A DNA stretch of 64,000 nucleotides from Octopus sinensis. Its lineage: Eukaryota. The notes beneath the pieces are model-generated. The model ran no database searches. It was not told where the DNA came from and saw nothing but the letters and a program-made list of their open reading frames with translations. Positions 51,752 to 64,000 of the stretch are shown piece by piece (position 1 is the stretch's first letter; the number at the start of each line of letters is the position of its first letter). The stretch is from assembly GCF_006345805.1 (NCBI RefSeq), contig NC_042998.1:112344001-112408000 (forward strand), given 5' to 3'. The position numbers and the translations under genes are program-made.

Positions 51752-53067
51752 ATTCATATATAACAAATATTGTATGTGGTTTTCCATGCATGCAAGTCAT
51801 CCGTTTTCACGTACAAGAGAAAGGTCAGAACGTTGCAACTTGACACTGATAATCTTGTAGTCGTTGCTGTCAGAACTCAGAGAACCGGAACAACAGGATA
51901 ACATGTCCTACGCTCTAACAATTCCGCCAAACTACCACCAGAATTGATGCATATTAGCGCCAGAAGAATGGATTACGAAGTTTGCTGGACATTGTTGGCC
52001 TCACCGGGATTTGTATTCTGACCGCAGAGAACAAATACTCCACGTCTAACCAATATTCTATATTACAAACATATTTTATATTCGGAATCTCATGTAAATA
52101 TACAACAGCTTATCAATAAAAGTTCGTAGATAATAAAACGAGTTGCCAGAAAGATTGAAAACCGCAATATTTCTGATACTTATCCATACACAAAGACAAT
52201 TTATTGGAAACGTTGAATTTTTCATTCTTTTACTGAAAAACTTTTATATATTTTACTGTACACTCATATTTTTTTTCGTGTGCGTTAAACGTTGTTTGGA
52301 ATTAAACCGAAATTAGCCTTTTCTTGCTGTTGGCCTTGAGGGTACCCTCTCCTACCCCCTTCCACTCACGGACGGATTATTCCTATGAAGAAACTGGGCT
52401 GCGTCTTCAGGGACGGTACATAGGAAATGGGTATCTAAAAGGGTAGGTTTGTGTGTGGTGTCGTGCGTAGGCGCCTTACAGAGAGGATAGTGTAACAAAT
52501 GTCTGTTTTGATTTATATGGTTTGGCGAATTTGATTAGGCTGTGCCTGGGTAGTGTTTGATCGTTTGTGTTGATATCTAGAGCGGGAGAATGGTAAGTAC
52601 AAGGTTCTGAGTCTGGCCAGTGTGCTTGGAATGTGCCTGTGTAGTGTTTGTTACTGCCTGTTGATGTCTGAGATATGTTAGTGAGGGGATGTTTAGAATT
52701 TTATGTGGACACTTATAAGGTACACATCTACAGTTTGTGTGTGTGTGTGTGAGCTTGTGTGTATATGTATGTGGAATGTGCGTGCGTGCGTGCGCGCATA
52801 TTGCTTTCGTTCGGCTATTACATCGAGTGTAGCAGATATGTCAGTTTTAGTTGTGAAAAAACTATGTATTTTATTTTCTTGATGGCTAAGGTTGTTCACT
52901 GGAAGAGGCTTCTTTCTGCCAACCCCACATGGATGTAGGGAGTGTGTTTGTGTGATGAGTGATGAGTATGCTTTCCTTGAATGTTTCTGATGTCGTTATT
53001 GTCTTCGCCGCCGTTGTTGTTGCTGCTACAGTTGTTGAAGATGTTGCTTGTTGTCTTTGTTGTCAGT

Positions 53068-53176
53068 AGTGGTGGTGGTGGCAGCGCGGCGGCGGCGGCG
53101 GCGGCGGCGCGGCGGCGGCGGCGGCGGCGGCGGTGGTGGTGGTGGTGGTGGTGGTGGTGGTGGTGGTGGTGGTGGT
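53068..53176. repeat. (GGT)n-(GGC)n-(GGT)n trinucleotide array
   Basis: Visible tract. Confidence 0.9.
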
Positions 53177-54135
53177 ATCGTTGTTGCTGCTATTATTAAC
53201 GCTGTTTTTGTTCATATTGAATATGTTTACACCAAGCAAACATTTTGATCAGGTCATGGGTCAAAACACATTTGAACTATGACCACTTCGCCCTTTGGTG
53301 GCTCATTCATGTTAATGCTATTACAGCAGTTGTTGTGGTCGCTGTTGTTTTTGTTATATCTGTCGTCGTTGTGTTGTTGCAGTTGTTGTCCTTGAGGAGG
53401 CCTCCTATTCAAGAGCCTGGTCCTATTTTTAAAGAAACAGGATTGTGCTTATTAGGACGAACCGTAGGAAATGTGTATCTAGTTGTGTAATTGCGTGCAA
53501 TGAAAAAGATACGTAGTGTACTGCGTAGACATTTTACAGACGAGATGAAATAGCATAATGAAGTAATTACTTTATAAAGAATTTTCAGATTCAAAGTTTA
53601 AAATAACGCTTTTTTAATTCATGTAATAAAACACAACCAATTTCAGCTGATAGCATTGGGTGAACTAAGATGGCAATCAGAACTTCGTGTATATATATTG
53701 CCCTACTCCCATTTATAGTCGTCTTAAAATCTGTAAAACACGTGTGATTGTACTCATGAGAGTAGTTTCGTACTAAAGTTGCAAGACTTAATAACATATG
53801 TCAAATTACAATTGATGATATTTATAGAATAATGAATAAAGTGGAGTAATTCAAAACTGAACTTATGTAAGACTGTCATCAAAGTCCCGTTAACTGATTT
53901 CCTGGTTTGACTTTACCAGTAGCAGATTCTACATAATTTCATGATTTCATAAGCGATGGATTCTCCATCAGTTTCGACGATGAGCAGTCAGGTGGTGGAT
54001 CAACTGAATTCCTTCCTACTCGTGATATTGACGTGCAAATGGTTCAGTATTCCTCAGATGCGTGTGCTATTAATGTAAGTATCAGATCGAATCAGCGTGA
54101 CACAATTTGATGAGGTTAGAGAGAGATCGAGAAAG

Positions 54136-54381
54136 GAGGAAGAGGAGGAGGAAGAAGAAGGATGAGGAGGAGAAGGAGGAGAAGAAGAAGAAGAAGAAGA
54201 AGAAGAAGAAGAAGAAGACGAAGAAGAAGAAGACGAAGAAGAAGAAGACGAAGAAGAAGAAGAAGAAGAAGAAGAAGAAGAAGAAGAAGAAGAAGAAGAA
54301 GAAGAAGAAGAAGAAGAAGAAGAAGAAGAAGAAGAAGAAGAAGAAGAAGAAGAAGAAGAAGAAGAAGAAGAAGAAGAAGAA
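54136..54381. repeat. (GAA)n array of about 80 units, with GAG/GAC variants
   Basis: Visible tract; source of the poly-K/R/S ORFs. Confidence 0.95.
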
Positions 54382-54601
54382 AACACCTTTTTCCCCTTCA
54401 ATCCCATTTCAAATATATTTTGTCTCTTTTTTAATCATATCACAAATTACACCCTTTTTTCACCGCGTGAATCGAAAAAGAAATGAATTTTAGAGTCTGA
54501 GATGGTTATTTCAAACATGACCTTTCTGATTTATGAGGTGGATAATATTTTTATCGTTATTAAGAATTAAAGTTATATCTAGATTATTTAAATTTAATAT
54601 T

Positions 54602-54814
54602 GGTTGCAATTTTTGGCACGAGGCCAGCAATCTCGATGGCGGGTTTAAGTCGATGTAATCAATCCCTTGTTTTAACTGATACTTATCTTATCAACTCCGT
54701 AAGGATGACAGGCAAAGTCGACCTCGGCGGAATTTGAACTTAGTACATAAAGGCAGACGAAATTCCGCAAAGTGTTTTGCCCGGAGTGCTCACGATTCTG
54801 CCAGCTCGCCGCTT
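54602..54814 (-). mobile_element. SINE family A, full length
   Basis: Shared body; direct repeat tatttaaatttaatatt on both sides. Confidence 0.85.
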
Positions 54815-55074
54815 TTATTTAAATTTAATATTATTTTAGATGTTTAAACGTCTGAATCTGCTAAATCTACAGCATCCATCCGCTCTTCTCATGAAATAGA
54901 GTGGATCCATTGCTTCTGTAAAACACTTTCTTTAGTTCTACAAGATACATTCACATCTAAAATGCAAAAAGAAGGCATCTACTAGATCTGTTATTGCTGT
55001 GCCACCATGGAATAACAGATTCCTTTCATCCATTATTATATTATTGCGTTAATAATATCAAAGGCTTTTCCACC

Positions 55075-55383
55075 GATGTCGACTTTGCCTTTCATCCTTT
55101 CGCGGTCGATTAAATAAGTACCAGTTACGCACAATGTAATCGACTTAATCCCTTTGTCTGTCCTTGTTTGTCCCCTGTATATTTAGCTCCTTGTGGAAAA
55201 TAAAGAAATAAATATTGTCAAAGGCTTTTACATTCTGAGTTCAAATTCCGCCGAGGTCGTCTTTGCCTATCATCCTTTTGGAGTCGGCAAAATAAGTATC
55301 AGTTGAGCAATGGAGTCGCTGTAATCGACTTAGCTCCTCCCGCGAACTTGCTGGCCTTATGACATAATTTGAAATTAATTTTG
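55075..55383 (+). mobile_element. Two tandem 5'-truncated SINE family A bodies (55075-55210 and 55222-55383)
   Basis: Same tail order (long tail, then short tail) as the 16280-16664 dimer. Confidence 0.8.
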
Positions 55384-56204
55384 TCCAGAGCTATACTAGT
55401 GTACTCTTTACCAATTCCAGAATTAGTAGGAGAATATTTTAGTTGCACTCCGATAAAACTCCATGATCGAAACCTGCAACTTGGTTTATTGCTGAGACTT
55501 ATTAAACTTCTTAAAACTGATGCTGCTAGTATCCCATCGTTTTAAAACTGGGCTTAATAATAATCTGATATATGCTTGCTAGCTATACCTGGCTCAGTTT
55601 TCATGAGATTTATTAACCTGCATTCGGGAATATAGATAAAAGCATTTTCATGATCCTTAAGCTTTAAATGCAGTCTGCATTGAATGAGGTATTAAATACG
55701 CTCGTCAAGTTTTGACTTGGTAACCAACTCCTTCATCCCATCGTCTACTATTTCGTATGCTCTAAGACTTGATTTTCTGACAGCACACGCCAGCGTTGGC
55801 CACTGACGGACAAATAACACACACACACACACACATATACTCTGTGTGTGTGTGTACGTGTGCGTGTACGTGTGTGTGTACGTGTGTGTGTACGTATGTG
55901 TATGTGTGAGTGTGTGTGTGTGAGTGTGTGTGCGCGTGTGTGTGAGTGTGTGTGCAATATAGTCGACACAATATAGTTAATTACAATGAAGTCGAATACA
56001 TCATACATAGTTTGACAGCCTCGGATAAATGAACGCCAAATTGCCACTGGAAGGATTTGAACTCATAGCGTAAAATATCACAATACACAAGATATTGATG
56101 ATGATCTACTGATCCTATCATCATTATATGTTCACGTGTGTAAATGGATAATGTGTGTATTTGTGTGTGTGCATGATTAATGAAGTCATGCACGCATACA
56201 CACA

Positions 56205-56345
56205 CGTGATGGCAGAAACGTTAGAGCGTTCTATAAAATATCTTGAGGACTTTCGTAATGAGTTCAAAAACTTCCAGGTGCACTCTGCCGCTCATTCATC
56301 CGAGGATGTCAAATTAAATAACGAGGTTGATGTAATCGACTATAT
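56205..56345 (+). mobile_element. SINE family A, degenerate
   Basis: tggcagaaacgttagagcg...gagttcaaaaacttcc...gatgtaatcgac. Confidence 0.6.
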
Positions 56346-57934
56346 TGTGAAGGCTGTACCCAAATACGACCTCCTTCCATTAGTTAAACCAATGAAAGAA
56401 TATGTTTGAATCAAAAGGATGTAAATCAATAAAAATATCAAGGAACTTTGGTTTTCCATTAATTCCGCCACCCAGCATACAGTTCTTAGACATTCACACA
56501 AGATCACATGCAGTAATATTAATATAGAGCCCATGTTCACATTTAACCTGTTAAAGTCTTCATTCTATATTCAATAGAATTAATCTATTTTATTGTATTA
56601 ATCAAAAGATGATTAAAACAGCTTATTCGTTCTTAGCCACTTAAATAATTATTTCATCTTTAATTTAATGTGAACATATAAAGACTAATGTTTATGTAAA
56701 TAAATCTCAATCGAAAGAAGTATTGAAAATTAGGGTAATAACTAACCTGAATATCACAGAAAATTAACCCTTCAAAATCCTATCATACTTTTAATGTTAA
56801 CAACTTTAAAGGGGTCTATTTAAAAATTAAATTCTTTCATCCTTTTTACACATAAATTATACTGTTCACAGAACTCAGGTTATAGAAATTCAGACTCGCA
56901 TGAGGAATTTATAATGACTAGTTTATGATCCAGGAACAATACTTTTAGGGTTAGTCTATCTCCAGTACTTTACTACTAAATTATTCATTGACTGCAGACG
57001 GATGAAATATAAACTTGGACTCGGTAGCCCTTTTAACTCAAAATATGAAGGGAATCAGTTACCGTACTACCCACTGTATTTTTATTTTAAAAGAAAATCT
57101 GGTAAAATCTGGTAAAATCTGACACTGTAAAATAACAAACCGTAATAAACTCGGATAAGCATTAGGGAGACTACCCCTTTATATACGTGATTTATGTTAT
57201 TTAGAATTTTATGTTATTACAAATGTTATTAACAGAGAAGCAAATTCGAACATGTCTATTTAAATTTAATTTATTTTACTTAACACTTTCAATCAAACCG
57301 GCTACTGTTTCCTATATATAAGACTTACTTAATTTTTGTCTATAATTTTCGGTTTGGGATTCCATAACTCCAGCTATAGTCAATTATACCCAGTTCATCG
57401 AGCTAATTACATCTTGTTCGTTGTGGCTTTCCGTTTATTTTATTTTATTTTATTTTATTGGTGGTGGCGTTGTGCTACCTCTCGAAATTCAGTCTATCAT
57501 CTTTTTCGTTCATCTGCTAATGATCACATGTAATTCCATTCAGGTAAAAAAAAATCTACTAACCTGAGAAACATTTTCTACATCAAACGTGTTTCTAAAA
57601 TATCTGTTCTTGTTGTTACTGTTGCCTGATCCCAAGTCACCATTGATCAGAGAGAGAGTTATGATCAGAGGTATTAAAGCCATTATAATCGCGTCTTTTT
57701 ATTTATTATTTTTTCACACATGCAATACACCAGATACATTTTCTCATCTACCCTTTCTTTCAGACGTTTGAGACTTGACTGACCTTCCCCGTGGACGCAA
57801 GAGATGAGGTGAAGTATCTTCTTCAAAGTCACAAAAGTCCACTATATTGAATGTCATATTGTGTATTTATATTCTATTACAAAGCAGGTAACGCCTTTGA
57901 AAATGGCGCGGAAATCTTGTAGTTTCAGATTAAC

Positions 57935-58262
57935 CATAAAGGGTAAAGACCCCCTTCAGTCATGAATGACCATGGAGTTGCACCTAGGAAGTTACCCTCC
58001 GTGGCAAAGTCCGGGCTAGGTTGTTTATGGAAGACTACCAGTCAGCCATGCATAGCATCCTCCCGTCTCCACGCCACCGATGTAATCCAAAGGAACGACC
58101 GTAACAGCTTGGCACAAGTGACGTTGCAACTCATTTCTACAGCCGAGTGAACTGCAGCAACGTGAAATAAAGTGTCTTGATCAAGAACACAACACATTTC
58201 TCGATCCAGGAATCTAACTCACTACGTCATGATTGTAAGCCCGATGCTCTAACCTCTGAGTA
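57935..58262 (-). mobile_element. SINE family C (tRNA head, CORE-like centre, distinct 3' tail)
   Basis: Minus strand: head, then gtgttcttgatcaagacactttatttcacgttgctgcagttcactcggctgtagaaatgag. Confidence 0.7.
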
Positions 58263-59402
58263 CCTTCACATACTTTCAGATAAACCATAATAAATAGATA
58301 AATATAGTGTGCCAACACTGAATAGACTGCACAACAAGCTGCAGCTAGTTTAGTATAAATTAAAGTAATATAACGAATGCATTCCATATAGTAATACAAA
58401 TTAAATATTTCATAGAGTAATAGTAAAGATACATTTCATGAATAACCAGTCAAGGCATTTTATTATATGGAAAGTTCAGCTGTTGTCTCAGTTGGAGTTC
58501 AACAATTAGATATCGTGACCCGACCCAATAAATTATGTTTATTTCCCTAAAACATATGAGTACAAATATGACACAAACATTTACTTCGTTACCACGTGCT
58601 TCCTGATACGATCCCACTGCGCGAGACGTTGGACAGGTGTCTTCTATTACAACCTTTGGTTGATTAATTAATACCTTGTGAGTAGGATTTCATTGGATTA
58701 TTGGAAACTACGTGGAAGATCCTCATATTTACATTTGTGTGTGTGCTTGCATACATACACACACATACACACACATACACACACATATGTATGTGCGTGT
58801 GTGTATGTATATGTATGTATGTGCATCTGTGTATATGTGTATGTATTGTGAACTCCCAGTCAAATTGATCTTCACAATAAATTTGTCTGTACTATTAGTA
58901 TAGATTCACATCAACCGTAAATGCTTTGTTCTTCTTAAAAGTACTTTAGAGTAATAACATTTCGACATGTGACTCTGTGCGTATGTGCGCGCTCATGACA
59001 GCTCATTCGTCAAATTAGACGATGAATATGCAGGTTTGTTAGATCAGCTCGAAGTCATTATTTTTTCGGGGTATTTTTTTTCTCTTTTTTTTTATGGCGA
59101 AAAACAGGTGTGTGCATATCAGAGTCACTCTCATCATTACACTCAAGGCGACTGAGCATGAAGAAGAATATGGGATTATCAATGTGGCTGAAGGGATTCC
59201 TAGACCTCTCAGTATCATGTAACTTCGTGAATAGTCTGGGCTGCAATTCATCATACTAGATGTTTGCCCAGAATCATAGCTGCGAGTCATTTCACAACAG
59301 TGTATTACCACAGCTGAGTTTGATACGAAATAAAAATATATTCACAATAAACACATACTTACACCCTTATTGAGTGACGTTATTTCTCCTCATTTCATCT
59401 AT

Positions 59403-59494
<92 letters not shown>

Positions 59495-59496
59495 TA

Positions 59497-59551
<55 letters not shown>

Positions 59552-59553
59552 TA

Positions 59554-59612
<59 letters not shown>

Positions 59613-59737
59613 AACTTGGACACATATATATATTCAGTTGAATAAGTATTTAAGTTGATGCACCAAGGCTGTCCGGTAGTATTTGCACAGCTCGAAGTGA
59701 GTAAAAAACAAATAAGTAACAAAGATGTCAAAGTATT

Positions 59738-59798
<61 letters not shown>

Positions 59799-59969
59799 AT
59801 ATTAGGGAATAAATCAAAATTTACAGGGAAAAAATCAGATTTAGGATTAAATCCAATTTTATAGTAAAATATTATATAATATTAATTCGAGACAAAACCA
59901 CTATTTTGCAAAACAAACAAGGAAAGACTTAATCAAAACATAAAAATTTTTAATATAAAGAAATAACCG

Positions 59970-60012
59970 CCACTACAATCGTTTCATGTCTTCAATGACA
60001 TTCGTCAGGTGG
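59970..60012 (-). ncRNA. Minimal type-I hammerhead ribozyme, canonical core
   Basis: ccac-CTGACGA-atgtc(attgaa)gacat-GAAA-cgattg-TA-gtgg. Confidence 0.8.
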
Positions 60013-60060
60013 ATTTTCGATCTCCTAATCTGTTTTAATTAAAACAGATTAGGAGAAAAT

Positions 60061-60103
60061 CCACCTGACGAATGTCATTGAAGACATGAAACGATTGTAG
60101 TGG
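60061..60103 (+). ncRNA. Minimal type-I hammerhead ribozyme, canonical core (mirror copy)
   Basis: Identical motif on the + strand. Confidence 0.8.
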
Positions 60104-60279
60104 CGGTTTATTTCTTTATATTAAAAATTTTTATGTTTTGATTAAGTCTTTCCTTGTTTGTTTTGCAAAATAGTGGTTTTGTCTCGAATTAATATTATAT
60201 AATATTTTACTATAAAATTGGATTTAATCCTAAATCTGATTTTTTCCCTGTAAATTTGGATTTATTCCCTAATATTTAT

Positions 60280-60332
<53 letters not shown>

Positions 60333-60452
60333 AATACCTTGACATCTTTGTTACTTATTTGCTTTTTACTCACTTCGAGCTGTGCAAATACTACCGGACA
60401 GCCTTGGTGCATCAACTTAAATACTATTCAACTGAATATATATACATATATA

Positions 60453-60496
<44 letters not shown>

Positions 60497-60502
60497 TAAT
60501 AT

Positions 60503-60547
<45 letters not shown>

Positions 60548-60808
60548 GTATATATATGTATGTATGTATGTGTATATATATATATTATATATAGGTTATG
60601 AGAGGTAATGGTGTCAATAAGACCCAAATGTATCAGGTAATGCTGAGTAAGTGTTATGGACAGACTATAGTTAAGCTCCAAGTTTGGTGATTATGCGAAT
60701 GAGGAGTCCAACGTAGGTCATATATCAGCATGTGTATATATAAAAAAATTAACAGAATGAGATAAAACTCCAAGGCTGTAAAGATTCCAGAACATTTGTA
60801 AATAGAAG

Positions 60809-60856
60809 GTCTTACGGCTGTTTCTTGGATATTTTATATATTCCTTCATCGGAGAC
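60809..60856 (-). ncRNA. Degenerate hammerhead motif (CCGAUGA core)
   Basis: gtct-CCGATGA-a-ggaatat...atatcc-aa-GAAA-cagccg-TA-agac. Confidence 0.55.
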
Positions 60857-61144
60857 GGTGTGAGAAAATGGATAAGCAATAATTATTCTAGATAAGATAT
60901 GAAATAGAGAGTGAAGTGGATGAATGAAAATTCATGTGAGATATGCAGAGATATTGTATCTTCAGTTCCATTATTTAGGCAGAATGGTATATATATATAA
61001 CATTCCTGTACCTTGTAATTAAGTTCCAATAGTATTTAAGGTACAGGAATCTTATATGTATACCATTCTGCCTAATGTATTTTCATTCCTCCTCTATTTC
61101 ATATCTTATCTAAAATAACTATTGCTTATCCATTTTCTCACACC

Positions 61145-61192
61145 GTCTTCGTTGAAGGGATATATAAAATATCCCGAAAACAGCTGTAAGAC
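61145..61192 (+). ncRNA. Degenerate hammerhead motif (mirror copy)
   Basis: gtct-tcgttga-a-gggatat(ataaa)atatccc-GAAA-acagctg-TA-agac. Confidence 0.55.
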
Positions 61193-61289
61193 CTTCTATT
61201 TATAAACGTTCTTAAATCTTTACATCCTTGGATTTTTATCTCATTCTGTTAATTTATACACACACACACACACACACACATATGTATAT

Positions 61290-61500
61290 ATATTTATGTG
61301 TGTTTGTTTAAGTCTGTATTTGTCCCCCCACCATCGCTTGACAACTGGTGTTGGTGTGTTTACGTCTTCGTAACTTAGCGGTTCGGAAGAATAGACCGAT
61401 AGAATAAGCACCAAGACTTACAAACATTAAGACCAGGGGTCGATTTCTTCGACTAAAAGCCGGTGCTCCAGTTGACTGAAACAAAATAAAAGAATAAAAG
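61290..61500 (+). mobile_element. SINE family B, 3' half
   Basis: tttgtcccccaccatcgcttgacaac...ccgatagaataag...ggggtcgatt...gactgaaacaaaataaaaga. Confidence 0.8.
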
Positions 61501-61524
61501 AATATATATGTATATGTATTTAAA

Positions 61525-61572
<48 letters not shown>

Positions 61573-61790
61573 TATATATATATTATATATATATATATAC
61601 TCACACACACATATATATATACACTCACACACACACACAGACATAGCGTATTAAAGCTATCTCTACAAATCTGGTATAGAAATTAGAGCCAGTACTGAAA
61701 GGTTATGTATACGAATACGTCATGTAAACAATACGAACGTAGTAAGTAAAAAAGAAAGACAGAAAGAGAGAGACACACACAGACAGATAC

Positions 61791-61851
<61 letters not shown>

Positions 61852-61861
61852 GGAAAAGAAA

Positions 61862-62060
61862 GACGTGGCCTAGTGATTAGGGGTGTTATACTCACGGTCA
61901 CATAATCGTGATTTCGATTCTCACACTGGCTATTCGTTGTTTTCTTGAGCAAAGGACTTCATTTCACGTTGCAATAGTCCACTACGCTATAAATGGGTAA
62001 CTCTGCGATGGTTTCTCGCTTTCTGGTCAATATTGGTCTGCTAGCCTAACAAGCGGAGTA
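61862..62060 (+). mobile_element. SINE family C, degenerate
   Basis: gtggcctagtgattagg head; ttcttgagcaaaggacttcatttcacgttgc. Confidence 0.6.
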
Positions 62061-62514
62061 GCATCATTCGAGAGCTAAAATGATGCAGTTTACATGGTGA
62101 CCAGTAATGTATAACAACATCAGGTAGTCTAATCGATACATTGAGATGTGTGTGTGTGTGTGTATCTGTGTCTGTGTGTGTGTATATGTGTGTGTGTATG
62201 TGTTTGTATATAGGTAGGTAGGTAGGTAGGTAGGTAGGTAGGTAGGTAGGCAGGCAGGCAGGTAGGCAGGTAGGTATGTAGGTAGGTAGGTAGGTAGGTT
62301 GTGATATTCAGTCCTGCTCATTGACCATGGGTTTACCCCGTCCATGGCACAATCGGTTAGCGTAAATACGTGCACCAACAATTTACACATATAAGTCGAC
62401 AACGGATGCTAAGGTTTCATCAAGCAGTCGAAATAATCGATGAAAAAGAGCTGAAGTTAGATAGCTAGAGAGACAGAGACAGAGACAGAAAGACAGACAA
62501 ACAGAGATATCTTT

Positions 62515-62665
62515 TCTTTTACCTTTTACTTGTTTCAGTCATTAGACTTGAAAAAGTTTAGCCGGACGAATCGACCCCCAGTACTTGATTTTCTTTTTAA
62601 GCTTAATACTTATGCTATCGGTCTTTTTGCTTAACCACTAAGTTACGGGGGCATAAACACACAGA
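62515..62665 (-). mobile_element. SINE family B, 3' part
   Basis: cttttacttgtttcagtcatt...tcgacccccag...ctaagttacgggggcataaacac. Confidence 0.75.
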
Positions 62666-62787
62666 CGATGAAGAAGAGGGAGGAGGAGGGGGAGGAGAAA
62701 GAAGAAGAAGAAGAGAAGAAGAAGAAGAAGAAGAAGAAGAAGAAGAAGAAGAAACAACTAAAGCAGCGGGTAATAGATAGATAGATA

Positions 62788-63016
62788 TATTTCTTTACTA
62801 CCCACAAGGGACTAAACACAGAGGGGACAAACAAGGACAGACAAACGGATTAAGTCGATTACATCGACCCCAGTGCGTAACTGGTACTTAATTTATCGAC
62901 CCTGAAAGGATGAAAGGTAAAGTCGACCTCGGCGGAATTTGAACCCAGAACGTAACAGCAGACAAAATACGACTAAGCATTTCGCCCGGCGTGCTAACGT
63001 TTCTACCAGCTCGCCA
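62788..63016 (-). mobile_element. SINE family A, full length
   Basis: Near-consensus copy with the long tail. Confidence 0.9.
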
Positions 63017-63566
63017 GATAGACAGATGCATATATGGATAGATGGATGGATATTTGTATATTTATTTCACCTACATTCAAAGTATTTAATCGTTTTTTTT
63101 TTTCAAATTTTAGCAGTTTAGAGTCTTTAGTGATATTTTTCTTCATAAGCCCTTATGAATCATCTCTAACCTGTTAAAACGTTTATGCTGTCATCAAAAA
63201 TACAGTGTTTCATAGTTATAAAATAATTGGAAATAACCTTCATAGGCCCCACATGTCCCCTATTAAGGCTGCTCATTGTCTACTCAAGCACAAGTTACAA
63301 TTTGGCTCCTCGCTTTTAATGTGGAACCAAAAAGTAAACTTTTTCAATTTGAAATGATTGGTTGCCAATGCACCCTGCTAGTATGTTTAACTGCTTTAAA
63401 CTGAAAGCGTTCGGGTTCACTGATTTAGAAAACAAGTTCAGTATTTTGACTCGTCAAGTTAACATTTTAAGTTGAGTAACAGCTGTTTGCACTGTTAATC
63501 AGCCATGACTGTTAGTGAAAAAAAATATGATGCCTCATTAAAAAAATGACTGAAACCGGTAGATGT

Positions 63567-63599
<33 letters not shown>

Positions 63600-63713
63600 A
63601 TATATATATATTATATATATATATATATATTATATATATATATATATATTATATATATATATATCTGTCAATCTATCTGTCTGTCTATCTATCTATTTAT
63701 CTATCTATCTATA

Positions 63714-63771
<58 letters not shown>

Positions 63772-63787
63772 CTTGTCTATCTGTTTG

Positions 63788-63828
<41 letters not shown>

Positions 63829-63830
63829 AT
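63567..63830. repeat. Compound (TCTA)n/(TA)n microsatellite
   Basis: Visible tracts. Confidence 0.95.
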
Positions 63831-64000
63831 TTTTCTTTCTTTTCTCGTTCATTTTCTTTCTCATACTGTGTATTTCGTGCTCTTTATTTGCCTTCGAGTG
63901 TATTTCTCTTTCTGTTCATCACATACTCATAACAATTTGTATGTATGTGTGTGTGCGTGTGTGTGAGTAAATATGTACATGTATTAATGCATGTGTGAAT

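Larger units (their letters stand above)
59625..60444. repeat. ~820-bp spacerless palindrome (centre 60038/60039) carrying a PLE-type pLTR with a hammerhead in each arm
   Basis: Arms match across ~410 bp with a few substitutions and indels; each arm contains an internal (TA)n; centre is ...ctgttttaa|ttaaaacag... Confidence 0.92.
60746..61255. mobile_element. Older fold-back PLE-type unit with paired degenerate hammerheads
   Basis: Imperfect inverted arms 60746-61014 and 61038-61255, 23-nt loop, and ~55 extra bp in the left arm. Confidence 0.85.

Noticed and set aside
54054-54493. Poly-Ser, poly-Lys and poly-Arg ORFs
   Set aside because: Three frames of one (GAA)n tract.
57784-57841. DFCDFEEDT minus-strand mini-exon (MAM-like CDFE)
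   Set aside because: The acceptor lacks a pyrimidine tract and the match is too short.

Overview
AT-rich, microsatellite-dense eukaryotic DNA. The SINE families and repeat landscape point to an octopus (cephalopod) genome; this is inference, not a database result. No complete host gene can be supported, only a couple of possible isolated exons. Almost all ORF-track entries are microsatellite translations. Mobile DNA includes a young 5'-truncated CR1-clade LINE with an uninterrupted 863-codon ORF, RTE fragments (one 5'-inverted, with C-terminal C2H2 fingers), R4/Dong-type fragments tied to (TAA)n, two mariner relics, a palindromic MITE and about 25 tRNA-derived SINEs in three families. The main hidden signal is a set of Penelope-like (PLE)-type units carrying minimal type-I hammerhead ribozyme (HHR) motifs: 12 motifs from 7 sequence families. 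Four units with two motifs each are fold-back (inverted-repeat) structures next to (TA)n or (CA)n tracts, and in all four the HHRs point outward, one per strand. One family (two loci) has the core GUGAACA instead of CUGANGA, a swapped G3-C8 pair. Two other families have CCGAYGA. All structures were folded by eye and none has been tested.
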